64,000 nt of DNA from Uloborus diversus (GCF_026930045.1 NC_072740.1:29492384-29556383); one strand, 5' to 3'. Counted from the first letter of the stretch, positions 23,166 through 36,100 are shown. A program made the numbers and translations. Notes: generated by a model not told the origin, from the letters alone.

Positions 23166-24557
23166 TGGCATGGCAGGCATAGTAAATGCAGTTCTTTTCT
23201 GCCTGAAACAAACTGTTGAATATGTTTGTCAGAGACTGATTTCAGAATTGATGATCAGACACATTTTTCCAGTCAATGAGATTGATGTTAGATTCTGCAT
23301 CAGACTTAACAACAAGAGTTTCAAAAAGTCAGAGTCCATTGTGAGTGGTCAAATGTAGTTGTTAGTATTTTTGTATTTGCAAGATGAAATGTCAAATAGC
23401 AGTGCACTAGCTTGGAAAAATGGTTTTAATTATTTCCTTAGGTGTTTTCGGTCAGGATTTCAAACGATAGTTGCATTTCAAGAGGTAGATTTTTAGCATC
23501 TCTCACTCATTTATGTTGCACGGTAGGCAGGAAGCGTTTGACCAAATTCACACATCTCGGCCAATTCTAACAACTAAAATGGCAGGTGTGAATTTAAACT
23601 AGATGCAAATTGAAAGTTTCATTACTTGTTTCTGTAAGCGATGTAGCATTTATTATTATTGCAATCTTACATAGAACAAATCCTATTTGGGTAAGGAAAT
23701 CCAAATTGCAAACTCAATCCGGAGGCAAAAAGACTGATCAGAATAGAATAAAATTTCACAGAATGCTCTATTTTACACCTTTAAGTATGCTTAATTTTGT
23801 ACTACAAATTGAATTTGTGGAATGTTGATATAAAATTTTTAAATAATTTAATTCCATTTGAAAAATGGATGGGGACATGCCAAAAGTGTGACTTTCTGGT
23901 TAATTTAAAAAATTTTGTGGAAAAACTACATGAGTTGTTGTTTTAATAAGAGTAGAATAACAACAGGTAAGTTATTTCTAACTATTAAAAAATAAAAACA
24001 TTTTCTGAGTTAACAATTTTTGTGTTAGGCTACTGGGACATAATATTGTTAAGACTTTGGAGAATCACCAATATGTCAAAAAACATTTTAACATGAAATG
24101 ATTTTTACTCAATTTTTATTGTAACACAATGATACAACCAAATTGCATGAAAACTGTTACACAAGTTTAATTTTTTAATGGTGATTATGAATCTAATGAA
24201 AAAAAAAAAAAAAGATTGCCATTAGAAATTTGAAAGTTGATTGCATATCTTTATCTCAAGACTATCCCTTAGAAAATTTTTATAATTTAAATTTTATATT
24301 GCATAGTATTTCCGATAGATTGACTAATTTTATGTGTTTTTAGCTGGGGCAAAGCTAACTTGGCAGTGTACATACTGTTGTTATCAGGTTTTTTGTACCT
24401 TTCACAATGTTGATAAGTTGACTCTACCTGAAATATAGTATAGATAGTATTGAAATGAGAAAAAGTATTTAATTTTTTTCTCCATACCACAGGTTAATTG
24501 TTTGTATTTATTCATATTTCTTTTCACATTAATTTTCTAAAGTAAACAGCAAGTTAC

Positions 24558-25349
24558 CTTTTCAAATGTAGTAGGTATTCTTTCAACTGTCTGTAATTTG
24601 TTGTTTTTAAAAGATGCTGTGAAGTTCTTTACTTCATTCATTGTGTAAAACATGTTTCGCGAGAGAGTTAGTAGGTTGGTATTTCTAATATCCAACTTTA
24701 AGTTTGGTGTCTGTAAATTAGTTAAAGCTGATTCATCTATGTGTTTCAAATTTCCACCTTCCAGTACAACAGATTTTACTGATTTAGGAATACTCCCATC
24801 AAGTCCTTGAAACTTTTTGTCTTCAATGTGCAAGTGTATTTCTCTGAGCCCATTATTTTTTTGCAACAACTGACTTACATCAATGTTTTTTAATTTGGAA
24901 TACAAATCCATTTCTATTCTTCTTAAAGCAGTTAAGCGTTGAAAAGCAGCTTTCTGAATGTCCTGCACTTTCAGATTTTTAATTATTAGCTCCTGTAAAC
25001 GTTCCATGTTTCGAAAGCTATTTTCCTGTATTGCTTGAATGGGATTCGATTGCAGATAGAGTGACCTCAAATTATGCAAATGGGACCATACATTGTTATG
25101 TATATTTTGCAGTAAATTGTTTGAAAAATCTAACACTTGCAACTTCTTAAGGTGTTCAAAAGCTTCTGACTGAATGGTTTGAATATTGTTTAAACTTAGA
25201 TTAAGAAATAAAATATTGTTAGGCTCCAAGACTGGTACACTTATCAGGCTTGTGTTTGCAAAGTTCAGAGATTCCAAGCTATTAGGCAGGCTATTTATAA
25301 TCCATTGTGGTACCTCTTCAATTATGTTATGCGAAATGTCCAAAGAAAT
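24558..25349 (-). CDS. chp: chaoptin-like protein, coding exon 2 (264 codons of LRRs)
   Basis: Polypyrimidine tract + CAG acceptor on the minus strand (tctttttactttacag|ATTTCTTTGGAC, AG = complement of 25350-25351) in phase 0 with exon 1; LRR-rich ORF (…SNNLLQNIHNNVWSHLHNLRSLYLQSNPIQAI…LDIRNTNLLTLSRNMF…); the terminal TCCLL* of the ORF is read-through, and the real end is AAG|GTAACT (donor = complement of 24552-24557), which joins in phase 0 to the LRRCT exon. Confidence 0.8.
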
Positions 25350-26214
25350 CTGTAAAGTAAAAAGAGTTACATGATGAGTATGAAATTATATTTTAGACAA
25401 TTAATGTGAAACGAACTAATTTTTATTATTTTTTAAATTGAAATGTTTTTATAAAACAGATAAATTTAATTAAAAAAATTGCTCTTTTTGCTAAATTTGA
25501 AGGGCTGACTTTTTTTCAGATAACACATGAATTTAAAAACTTTATTAAATTGATAGAAGATTCTCCTTCCAAAAGTGTCTTTTTAAATAATATCTTCATG
25601 GAGAGTATAGTACTTTAAGTATTTTAAGCTTGAAATACGTTTTATTTTGATTCTTTGGATCTGCAAACTCTAACCAACTTTTAAAAAATCACAGTTTTAA
25701 GTCTGTTATTTTAAGTTCACTACAGTGAAAATTTTTAATTTTACCTATAAGTCAGTGTTTTTTTTTTTTTTTTTTTTTTTGAGGCAGGAGGATGAATTTT
25801 TTTTAATCATTGTTTCCACAACTGAAAGTGCTCAAAATAGCAGCAAAATAATTTCGTATTTATCATTCAAAACTTTTAAAAAATGAATTCAATATTTCAC
25901 TCATAAGTTGCTAAGCTTTAATGAAAACTAACTTGGGGCAAGTTGAAGCCGTCTTAAAGAATGTTAGAATTTCGCAACACTATTTTTTTTTAAATTATGG
26001 TGTTTACATTTCTATTTGTCTTATGTTTTAAAGGTGCCTGAAGATTTTATTATTTTTTTTTATTTACCTCAACTTGAACGTTTTGTGCTACTTATTTATT
26101 TATTGAAATTGAATGCCATGTTAATCAAATTATTAGCATAATTACTTTGAAGAAAATGATACTATTTCCATGAAAAAATAACGATTTTATGTGCATTTTT
26201 AGTTTTCTCGGGTG

Positions 26215-26385
26215 CCCAATAAGGATAGGTCATGGTGCAGACTGCCGTATTCAACGTTTTAGAGGGTGGGTGTTTTCTGGGGTATTTTTCTTTTCTGGGG
26301 GGGGGGGGCTGACTCTGGAGGGGGGTGCACCATCAGTGCCCTTAGGGTCAGGGGCACCCATGGTTTTCTATTGTTCTTAGTTGCA
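26215..26385. repeat. interspersed repeat with a G12 tract, in the chaoptin intron (inverted relative to 22940-23165)
   Basis: …ttttctggggggggggggctgactctggaggggggtgcaccatcagtgcccttagggtcaggggcaccc; reverse-complement similarity to the 22960 copy. Confidence 0.5.
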
Positions 26386-26471
26386 TAAACCTAAACATCA
26401 GTAGTTCAATTTCTGGCTTACTTTTGTGTACATTTGCAAATTATATATTTGAGGAAAATAAGCATACTTAC

Positions 26472-29063
26472 AAGTTTTGGTAGTTTGAATTTCCTTGCTT
26501 CACCAGGTAGAAAGATTCTGTTTTTTGCTATGCTTAAATGTCTTAAATGTTGTAAGCTTTCTATATGACTGAAGTTAAAAGACTTAATTTTATTTCCTGT
26601 CAATTCTAAGGACTGTAATGTTTCTTTAATTTCAAGTAGTGATTCTGTAGGAAATTCAGTTATACTATTATAAGATAGGTCTAACTGTTCTAAAACTGTA
26701 GTTGAAAATAATGTTCTTGGCAAGCTTTCTATTGTGTTGTGAGATGCAAGGAAGATTCTTAATTTATTTTGCTCTTCAAATAAATTACTTGGTAGTTTTT
26801 TAATATAATTTTGAGACAAGTCCAATATTTGAAGACTTCTTAGTCCTCTGAATTCGCTTTCTTCGATGATATCTATTAAATTGTTCCGAAAAACCAAGGT
26901 TTGTAAATGCATCATCTCTGCTACAGCAGAATTCGTGAGATTTGGAATTTGATTATTACTGAAGTCTAGTACATTGATGGAAAGTCTAATTGGGTCAAAA
27001 TAATTATTATCTACATAAGATATATTATTGCTGTTGAAGTTAATGCTTTTAATATTACTTGAAGTGTGACTGGAAGTGTAATATGCAGTTAAATTTTGAA
27101 TTTCATTATGATCAACATCAATTCTCAGTGTTGATAGTCTTCCTACTTGATCAAAAGCCTCTAAGTTGAAGGCAATTAATTTATTATAAGCTACATTTAT
27201 AAACTGAATGTTTGGTAGATTTTGAAATGCTTCATTTTCAATTTCTTCTATGAGGTTTCCTTCTAAGTTAATTGAAATTAATGAATCCAAGTTTAGAAAT
27301 GAAGATTTCTCTATTAATTTTATTAGATTATCATTTAATTGTAAGTGTACTAAATTTTGCAAATCTCTAAATGTGTTCGATTTTAATGAGCTAATTTTAT
27401 TGAAAGCAATTTTTAACTGCAATAAGTTTGGATTATTGATTCCATTAACAAAATTTATTTCTAAATTCTTGAGGTCATTGTGGTCCAAGTTCACAGTTTT
27501 AAGATTCTGAAAAATAGCGAATGATGCTTGGGGCAAATATTGCAAATTATTGTTGCTTATATCTAAGTCTTGTAGTTTTAACAAGTGGCTAAATTTTCTG
27601 TACGGAAAGGTAGACATTTGTAAAGCATTGTGTAGAAATATCTTCTCTAAAGAATGGCCTACATCCTTGAATGTTGTATTTCCAATGTTTGAAATTTTAT
27701 TATAAGATAAATCAAGATGCTTCAGTCCACCAAGTTGTTGAAATGAACCACTCTCAATACTTTCAATCGAGCTTTGAACAATGTACAATTTTTCCATTGA
27801 AGGTCCAATATTTAAAAATTGATGATTTATCTTAGATTTTTGTTTATTAAAAAACAACTCTCTTAGGTTGGGAAGATTTTGCATACTTTCAGAGGAAATG
27901 CCATTCATCTTTGGGCCTCTAATATCTAAATATTTCAGTGTTGTTCCAAAATGTTCGACATCATTAGGTTGAATTGTACCTATTTTATTTCCTGCTAGAG
28001 ATAATTTGACTAGCTTTTTTAAAGCAAGGCTGGGAAACTCAAGTAAATTGTTATAGCTTAAGTCTAAGGTTTGCAATGTATGTGAGACACTATAGAAGGC
28101 ATCATCTGAAATAAATGATATTGAACAATGAGGCATGTATAATTCAGTTATATTTGTTGTCAGAAATGTGTTATTTACTATACTTATTGGATTTCCTTTT
28201 AGTAAAAGACGATTAATATTATTGAAATTCTTAAAACTTTCTGGTAGCAATTCTGTAATAAGGTTGTACTCTAGGTGAATTTCTTCTAAATTGATTTTAT
28301 TCTTTACTTCTTTTCCTTCAGATATTGAAAAAAGTAGATTTTCATTTAGGTTGAGTATTCTCAAATTTCTTAAGTTGGTTAACATGTTAAAAGGTATTTC
28401 ATGAAGCTGATTTCCCATCAGGTTTATGCGTCGTAAGTTGTACAGTTTATTCTGTAATGTGAAATCTTCAATTGAAGTAATAGCATTGTATGCAAGATTC
28501 AGGTCTTCTAGAACTGCCATATTTTTAAAAACATCATTTTGTACATTTGTAATTGAATTTTCAGATAAGTCAAGCACTTTCAATGTGTTGCTGATGCTTT
28601 GAAAATCATCACTTTGAAATGAACTTATGTGATTTGAAGCTAAGTTCAAGTTGTATAGCTTCTCTAATTTTTGTATAGCTTCTTTAGGTACTCGAACTAG
28701 CTCGTTGGTACTGAGATCTAGAATTGATAGTGTTTTTTCAAGTCCTGCTAAAGCATTTGATGGCAGATCACTTAAGAGGTTATTATTAATTTGTAGTTTC
28801 CATAATCCAGTTCCATTCAAACTATTATCTTCTAAAAATCTTAATTTGTTGTTTTTCAAACTCATAATGTAAATAGCAGAATTGTTGATTTGACGGGGAA
28901 CTGTCATAAATGGTATGTTATGGCAACACACTGATCCTAAATCTGGGCCTCCACTTGAACAAGTACATAGTGGATTGAATAAGCAAGGTCTGTGTTGTTC
29001 CTTGTATCTTGATTCGACAATGGCAAGTATAAAAAATAAGCATAATATTTCTTGAAGTCTCAT
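26472..29063 (-). CDS. chp: chaoptin-like LRR cell-adhesion protein, coding exon 1 (ATG at 29063; signal peptide, LRRNT, ~33 LRRs; 864 codons)
   Basis: Continuous 881-aa minus-strand ORF; N-terminus MRLQEILCLFFILAIVES is a signal peptide followed by an LRRNT Cys cluster (CLFNPLCTCS...VCCHNIPF); repeated LxxLxLxxNxI(xxI) units throughout; collinear with Drosophila chaoptin as I recall it (e.g. LEEIHLEYNLITELLPESFKNFNNINRLLLKGNPI vs LDNLHLEYNHIEVLPPNSFKYF...GNPI); the ORF tail after codon CTT (26472-26474) is intron read-through because a canonical GTAAGT donor (minus strand; plus 26466-26471) begins exactly at a codon boundary. Confidence 0.85.
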
Positions 29064-30749
29064 CTGGAAAAAACAAAAAAGAAAGAAATGTTTAGCATTA
29101 GAGAATTCTGATACTAGTTTTTGAGTTTAGGGTGGTGGCAAGGGGGATTAAGGGTTACATCCCAGGTTCCTTGGTTTTAATCCACATTACCAACACTAGT
29201 ATACTATCTTTTATAAGTGTAACGACTCTTATGACCCCGCCCCCCATAAGGTAAATTCTAGCTGTGCAAGTATTTAAGTTTGCGAATCAGTAACAAGGCT
29301 TGACATGTAGCTGTATGTATATGACCTGGAGCCTGAGGGATTGCTAGCACAGGTAAAGGTGTTGGTCATGACCTGTCCTCTCTTAACACGACTAAACATA
29401 AAAATGCATTTTGGGAGCTTCAATTTCGAGAAATTACTGAGGGAGAGCCCTTGACCCCCTGGTGGCTGGATATTATACTTTTAACTCTCACTTCCAATGA
29501 GTATGCTCATATTTCAATAATGCCCCCCCCCCCAAAACCATAAACAGGATCTACTTTAGGGAGGGAGGTTTCATAACAATCTTTTCATGTGTATATACTT
29601 GTATACTAGACTAGGAAACATTTCGTGTTTCAAGCTACAGACCAACGGTTGACCCCAAAAACCCTTCTCTTGTTTCTCTTCTGCTCATCACTGGTTCACT
29701 AGTTTTCTACGCATCGACCAGTACAGTTAGCTCACATCCTTCACTCTTTGCAAAAAAAAAATGATATTGTTTTCAGAAAGAAAAAAAAAATCACTGTATT
29801 TTACTTTAAAATGTTAACACCAAGTGTGAGTGTTAAACTTTATAAATATGAATTAAATATTTATATTCAGAATGAACATCCTTTTAATTGTGTATTTGAG
29901 TGTTAAGGTTTTGCATGGAATTGCTTGTACCATTTAGAATAAAAATCTTCTTTTTCATATGTAATGGCGATTTATACTTTTCAATGGGTGTTAAAGACTG
30001 GTCATATGATTTTTGACCCTGAGCTTAACCTGAATTCGCTCATATTTTAGAATTCTAAACTTTTCCCACTGCTAAATTGCAATTCCAAAACACATGTATA
30101 GTGTAATACAATTTAATTTTAAGATGTAATGAACAAAAATGTCACCCTCTTAAAACATTAATGTTATTTAGATTATATTTTAAAAGTTTCTAATATATTT
30201 TATTCTAGTTAATCAAATGGTTAATCAGGGGCATTTAAAATTGATTTTAGCAATAGCTATCATCGATTAACATGCACTTAAACTCGTGTGTTAATACTTT
30301 CCTTATGTTATTATATCATCCATTTATTTGAAACGAAATTTAATTGTCGAAATTTTTTTTTTTGGCATGTATTCAAATGAAGAACAAAACATTTCCTAAC
30401 AGACTAATTTAAATTTTAAATCCCTCTTTTTATTGTAACACAGAAACCATAACCTAATTTCTTATAAGCAGTTGTATAAATTTGTTTATAGGCAATTAAA
30501 TTTATGTTCTCAGTTATTCACTAAAATAAATTGACATGTGGCCATACTTATCAGAATCTGCCTGGGGGAGGGCAAGCACGGATCACGTGCTGAAGTTAAA
30601 ATTTTAGTACAACTTTTAAATTTTGAGTAACTATTATTAAATTTTAAGTAAGATAGAGATTGTTTATGGAATTTTATAAAAAGTGATGAAATAATAGACT
30701 AGTGCATTCTAATTGCAATGTTTATTTTTTAAACTGTCATGTGTTCACC

Positions 30750-31226
30750 AGAGCTAGATAATGTAGACGCACGCGCGCACGCCGATACATCCGATGACGT
30801 GCGGAAACATCGCCGCGGATGAGTTGCATATCGTCCGATAATCGTATAAGTTCATACGTTATAACGTTTAGGTATCGTTTTAAATTGATATTGATATTAT
30901 TTATTTCGATTGTAAAAATTATTTCCAGATAGTTTATACACCCGCGCGTTCGGTGGATGTATTTGCTGTGAGCACCCGCATCTCGCGATAATCGTTCAAA
31001 TTCTTACTTCTAATTGGTTTTAAACTGATATTATTTTATTCATTTGTAAAAGTTATAAATGGATAGTATATGCATAAGCGCCTAAGGTGGATACAGTCGC
31101 TGCTGTGCGGATACATTCGCTGTGGGCACGCGCATGTCGCGATAATCGTTCAAGTTCCTACTCTTCACTTAAAATTTGTTTTCAACTGATATTTAATTAA
31201 TGTGTAAAAATTGTCAATAGATAGTA
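30750..31226. repeat. ~160-bp satellite-like tandem array (left part, about 3 units)
   Basis: Repeated units (…gcg(c)taaggtggatacagtcgctgctgtgcggatacattcgctgtgggcacgcgcatgtcgcgataatcgttcaagttc…aactgatat…gtaaaa(a/g)tt(a/g)t(a/c)aat(a/g)gatagta) at about 30760, 30925 and 31075. Confidence 0.75.
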
Positions 31227-32587
31227 CACTCCTGTTTGTAAAAATTGCAACACCACGAAGGACTTGCGCGAGTGAGCTGAAAATTGCAGGAAATGCAAAG
31301 TAGGGCATGATATGCAAATGACTAGAATTGCAGACCAGTAGCGCAATAGTAATAGACGGCTGTAGCGAGGTGTGTATGATTATCGGTGGTTATATGCAAG
31401 AGTAAACGTTAACTGAATCGTTACTATGCCTCTTCGACGAAAGAAAGCGAAATTTGAGCAAATTTCGGAGTTTGAACTGGCAGAATCGTCGGCCTTCGTG
31501 AAGCTGGACTGTCTTATCGTGCAGTAGCTGCTCGTGTGCAGTGTAAAAGCAGCACAATCATGCGTGTTTGGAAGCAGTGAACGGACGAGGGTCGGACAGC
31601 TTGGAAATCCGGGAGTGGACCCCGAAATGTGACGTCAGTTCGCGATGACAGACACCTGGTGCGTATGGCGCTGACGGACCGCACAGCTTTTTTCTAGGCA
31701 ATTGGCAGCACAGTGGTCAACAGCTACAGGTGTTTCATTGTGTGCTTTATCAATTAGGAGACGTCTGCTGCAGCTTGGACTGCGCGCAAGGATTCCTTTA
31801 TACAAGATTCCTCTCACTCAAAATCATCGCCGCTTGCGGCTACAATGGGCCAATGTGCATAGGAGCTGACGTGCTGATTGGCAGCAGGTCGTCTTTTCTG
31901 ACGAATCCCGTTTCAATTTGTGGCACTATGATAGCCGAATTCGTGTCAGGCTACCGGTGAACGGCACATTATCGAACGCCACAGTGGACGAACACCCGGA
32001 GTAATGGTCTGGGGTGCCTAGCATATCATGGACGATCACAATTGCTACGAATTGTGAGCAATTTGAACAGCACCCGATACATAAACGAAGTTTAACAGCC
32101 TCAAGCTATTTCCTTTCCTGCAAGGATTGCCAGGGGCTGTATTCCAGCAGGATAATGCCCGTCCACATGTCGCCAGGACTGTCAAATCCTACCTTGATTT
32201 GCAGCAGGTACAGCTTCTTCCTTGGCCTGCATATTTCCTGGATATGTCACCGATTGAACATGTGTGCGATTTCGTTGGGCGGCGTCCCGCTCGTGATCCT
32301 CGTCCTGTTGCTTCGACAGACGAACTTTGGTTGCGCATACAAACAATATAGAATACTCTTCCGCAGGCAGATATTCGAACTTTGTTTCACTTCATGCCGA
32401 GTCGTGTAGCAGCTGTTATTGCGGCGCGTGGTGGCCACACAAAATACTAATTTCTATCTCTTTTTATCGTTTGTTTGGTTTGAAAATGTAATCATTTATT
32501 TGTACCATTACCACTCAACTGTGCATTAAACTTCATTGAACTATGATGCTTCCTTCATGGTGTTGCAATTTTCACAAACAGGACTGT
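31227..32587 (+). mobile_element. Tc1-family transposon (1361 bp) inserted at TA inside a satellite unit; transposase pseudogene
   Basis: TIRs CACTCCTGTTTGTAAAAATTGCAACACC (31227-) and GGTGTTGCAATTTTCACAAACAGGACTGTG (-32587), each with a flanking TA; internal frames match the widespread arthropod Tc1-like transposase (SRQLAAQWSTATGV, SIRRRLLQLGLRARIPLYKIPLTQNHRRLRLQWA, FQQDNARPHVARTV, LPWPAYFLDMSPIEHVCDFVGRRPARDPRPVASTDELWLRIQTIWNTLPQADI) but with several stops and frameshifts. Confidence 0.85.
31427..32447 (+). pseudogene. Tc1-like transposase pseudogene
   Basis: Starts MPLRRKKAKFEQISEFE…; ends …AARGGHTKY*; reading requires at least 3 frame changes; in-frame stops after LDCLIVQ and DPEM. 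Confidence 0.8.
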
Positions 32588-32880
32588 GTATACGCAAGCG
32601 CGTAAGGTGTATATATTTGCTGCTGTGCGGATACATTCGTTGCGAGCACGCGCATCTCGCAACAATCATTTAAGTTCTCCTTCTTTACTTCTAATTTGTT
32701 CAAAATTAATGTTGCTAAGGTAAAACGTAGTAATCATAGCTAGATAATATAGAAGGACGCAGACACGCAGATACATTCGCTGCTGTAAGAAAATATTTGG
32801 TGCTGTGCGGATACATTCATTGCGGACATGCGCATCTCGCCATAATCGCGAGTAATGTTCTAGTTTCCCACCTGTCCTTT
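32588..32880. repeat. ~160-bp satellite-like tandem array (right part, about 2 units)
   Basis: tatacgcaagcgcgtaaggtg…gctgctgtgcggatacattcgttgcgagcacgcgcatctcgcaacaatcatttaagttc… and a second unit from about 32740; the first unit is completed across the Tc1 insertion when joined to 31226. Confidence 0.75.
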
Positions 32881-35800
32881 TTTCCTTATGTTAAAAAATT
32901 ACTAAAATGTTAATCCTCCCTTCTTTTCTCCTATTCATCAAGTTGTGATAACTGAGCAATTCTTTTCATGTTGCTTAGACTTTCTTTTTTTTCATCTTTT
33001 TTTTTTGGCACTCATATCAAATTACAAAAGCACCTGTGGCTTTAAAACTTATCATATGGGGCCAGCAAGTTCGTACTTGCCGTCTTTTTGGAAGTTTGCA
33101 GCGCGCCCGGCGTAAGCGCTGCGCTTTAAGTTTAACGAACAATGTGAAAGAAAAGTTGTTTGTGTTAGTTTTTCTTCTTCTTTTTTTTAAAGGTATCTGG
33201 AACGCTATTTAAACAGATTAAATGTTTCAAAAAAAAAAAAAAAAAAGAAAAAAGAATTTCTTAAAAACTTAACTGAACTACCCTAAATCCGACAACCACG
33301 GACTTTGCCGAATTTCGGATTGCTGCCGAAAATTGTGACATTGCGCATGAAAAAAACTTTGAACGATCGCCTTTATGTATCTTTACAAAAGTTATGAACT
33401 TACTTTGAAATAATTACAGGATAAACTCGCTTAAATTTCAGCACTTTCCTCCAAACAACGATGCTTAAAGCAAGAGATTCGAACTTTATACCGTGAAATA
33501 AAAATTTCTCAAATTTTCCCGATCTATACTCGAAAATTTGGACATTTTTCCGATTTTAGCTCAGTCCTTTTAACTAAAAACTAACGCAATAAAACACATT
33601 CTGGCATAATTTAATATTATCTTCCCGTTAATTAAAGACTTAAATTAGAGTAGAAGCTAAACTGTGCAAAAAAGACGGGACACCCCGATTGTGAATTCAT
33701 CAATATTTTGCATAGTTAATTGCTTGTGAAAAAAAAGCATGTTTAATAATGCTACCAGAAATTCAAAAGGAATATTTTGTTATTTTCCGTTAAAACACAT
33801 TTTGAAAACAATCCTGATCATTACGAAGAAAGTTCAAAACATTTTTTTCCTCTTTTTTAAAATAGTTTATTTTCTGTAAAATGTCGTATATTGTAAAAAA
33901 ATCGTATGCGCCGCACCCGCTGTATCCACCACATCGGCAATTTATAAACTTTTTTTTTTCGCAGGCATGCGGCTTAGGCCCGAAAATACGGTATAGTTTT
34001 GGAATCCTTGTGTGCTATTAAGGGCTATAAGGCTGTATTATTATTATTACTATAAGGCTATATTAGGCTATTAAGGGACCTAAGGCAGATGGGGGACTTG
34101 CTCCTAGTGGTATCTCTCATCTTCATTAATAACACTCTTGCTACTAGATTTATTGCACTTGTTTTTGTCCCCTCCCTCAACAGAGCATTTCCAAGAAGCA
34201 GCGAATTGCTAGTTTTTCCTTTGTTCTCAGAAATTTGTGTATCTTATTGATTTCTTAACTTGGGAGCTGAAGAAGAGAAAGGTCCCACCAATGTAAGATC
34301 TGCAGTGGAGATATAATTCCCAAAAATATGTGAGCTTACGAATGCAAATATATCTGCTAAAAGAAGCTTAATTTTAAAATTTAATTTAGGTCCTTGCATC
34401 CATATGCTCACATAATTGGCATGACAATTAGTTCCTTGTAATTTCAAAGCATATACCTGCAATTATTTGCAATTTTGGGCTTTGTAACGCTGTTTTAGCC
34501 AACGAAGTTTTACAAAATGTATTTATTTCTTATGATTAATTTTTTTTTTTTTTTGAATCCGAACCACCCTCCCCGATTTTTTCAATTTTTTTATGTGATA
34601 GACAATTATTAGCTTGCACATACTTTTGAGTTGCGTGCGCAGATACTTTATATTTTTATCTAACTCTGGTGTTCACAGGGCTGCCGAGAGCCAACGCGTG
34701 TCCCATTTCAGTTTTATAACTGTCCCTCTCCTCCCATAACCCTATACTCTTCAATCTTATAACTACAATTCCGAGCTGGGCTCCTAGTTTCGGACTTGGC
34801 TGATATACCCTTGGCGGCCCTGTTTGTTCAAAAGGATGTTTTACTTCAATCTGTGACCCCCTTTGTTTAGCAAATACACGAAACATTCAGCTCTTTCATT
34901 CGCAAAATATGAGTGAAAAAAAAATGAATCTAATTGCTTGATGCTCGTTAGTAATAAATGTGATGTATTTCTCTTTATATTTTAACAAACTCTTGTAATG
35001 ACATAATTGGTTACATTTTGTCTGAAATATGAGAGGGAAAGTTATTACATTTTTAACGCAAGCACGGCAAAACTCTTTTTTTTTTCCAATTTGCTAAATA
35101 TCATGAATTTTCTAAACATAGCAATAAGTTGTCCTATGAAATACCCAATGTATTATCGGAATCTGATTGGATAAAAGTCTGTAGATGTGCTCGTGCGTCC
35201 ATAAAATTCATTTTTTTTTTGGCTTGGCGCATCTATTCCATAGAGTTAAGAGTCGATTGTAGGGTAGACCGGGGCACGTTTACGCATGGGGTATGTTTAC
35301 CCAGTGCCCTTTTTTCAAAACAAATTATAACTGGAGAGCCAACAGCCATAACAGATTGATACTATTCCCTAGCAAATATTTCTCACAAGTTTTTGGCCAT
35401 CAGTCGAGCTTCGGTCTAGCATGCGGAAAGGATAATCTGTTTTTTACCAAGTTGAGTAAATTTCGTGTTGAACGTTTTGAAGCTTATTGTGAATGAATAA
35501 TACTTAGTTAAGAAAAACAAATACATAAATATTAGCAGAATTTTATCTTTTTTTGATAATTGTACTTGTATGAACTGAAATGTTATTATTATTATTATTA
35601 TTATTATTTTTGCCCATTAAAAAGAAATCCAAACTTGGCGACGAGGCAAGTTTACGCGTCGATGTCGAAGCACCTTTATACACACGTTCTTACTGTGTCT
35701 CACTTAAACATGCCCCTGACACTTTTTTCGCTCCAAACTTTCTCAAACCTCTTTAGTATTTTCCAGTAATTTAGTTTTGAAAATTACCACTAAATCTTTA

Positions 35801-35989
35801 ATTAAGTTACACATTCGTATCTTATAGCTTACAATCATGTATAGTGCTGTGTGCTATCTTCATACCCCTTCAGCTTTTAACTTTATACACTATTGAGTCT
35901 GTAATAAATTTGCTTTATTTTAACGATGGTAAGACATTATGTTCAAAACACTAACAGAACCACGTAAGGTGTCAAAATAAATATATGCG

Positions 35990-36100
35990 TAAACGTGGGC
36001 GGATACAGGATTTCATTTAGGGGGGGGGGTCATGCTCAAGAACGTAGTCTTAAGTACAAAAATGTTCTTCTACGAACCCCCCCCCCCCCGCAAAAACTCT
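35990..36100. repeat. homopolymer-bearing dispersed module (G10 … C12)
   Basis: gtgggcggatacaggatttcatttagggggggggtcatgctcaagaacg … cgaacccccccccccccgcaaaaactc; the GTGGGCGGATACA…G(n)TCATG core recurs at 37770-37930, 59385-59410 and elsewhere. Confidence 0.6.

Noticed and set aside
24537-24557. The ORF-track protein for 24537..25343 ends …KVTCCLL*, which looks like a C-terminal CaaX (C-C-L-L) prenylation box
   Set aside because: The codons after K are intronic. An AAG|GTAACT donor at 24552-24557 joins in phase 0 to the LRRCT exon at 22237, and a secreted LRR ectodomain would not be prenylated
26418-26471. The last 18 codons of the 881-aa ORF (…VSMLIFLKYIICKCTQK*)
   Set aside because: They follow a canonical GTAAGT donor that sits exactly at a codon boundary, so they are intron read-through and not part of the protein
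33478-33500. GATTCGAA-type strings (also at 16955, 32372 and 58197) that resemble tRNA T-loops
   Set aside because: No acceptor stem, anticodon arm or A/B box arrangement could be built around any of them; no tRNA is called
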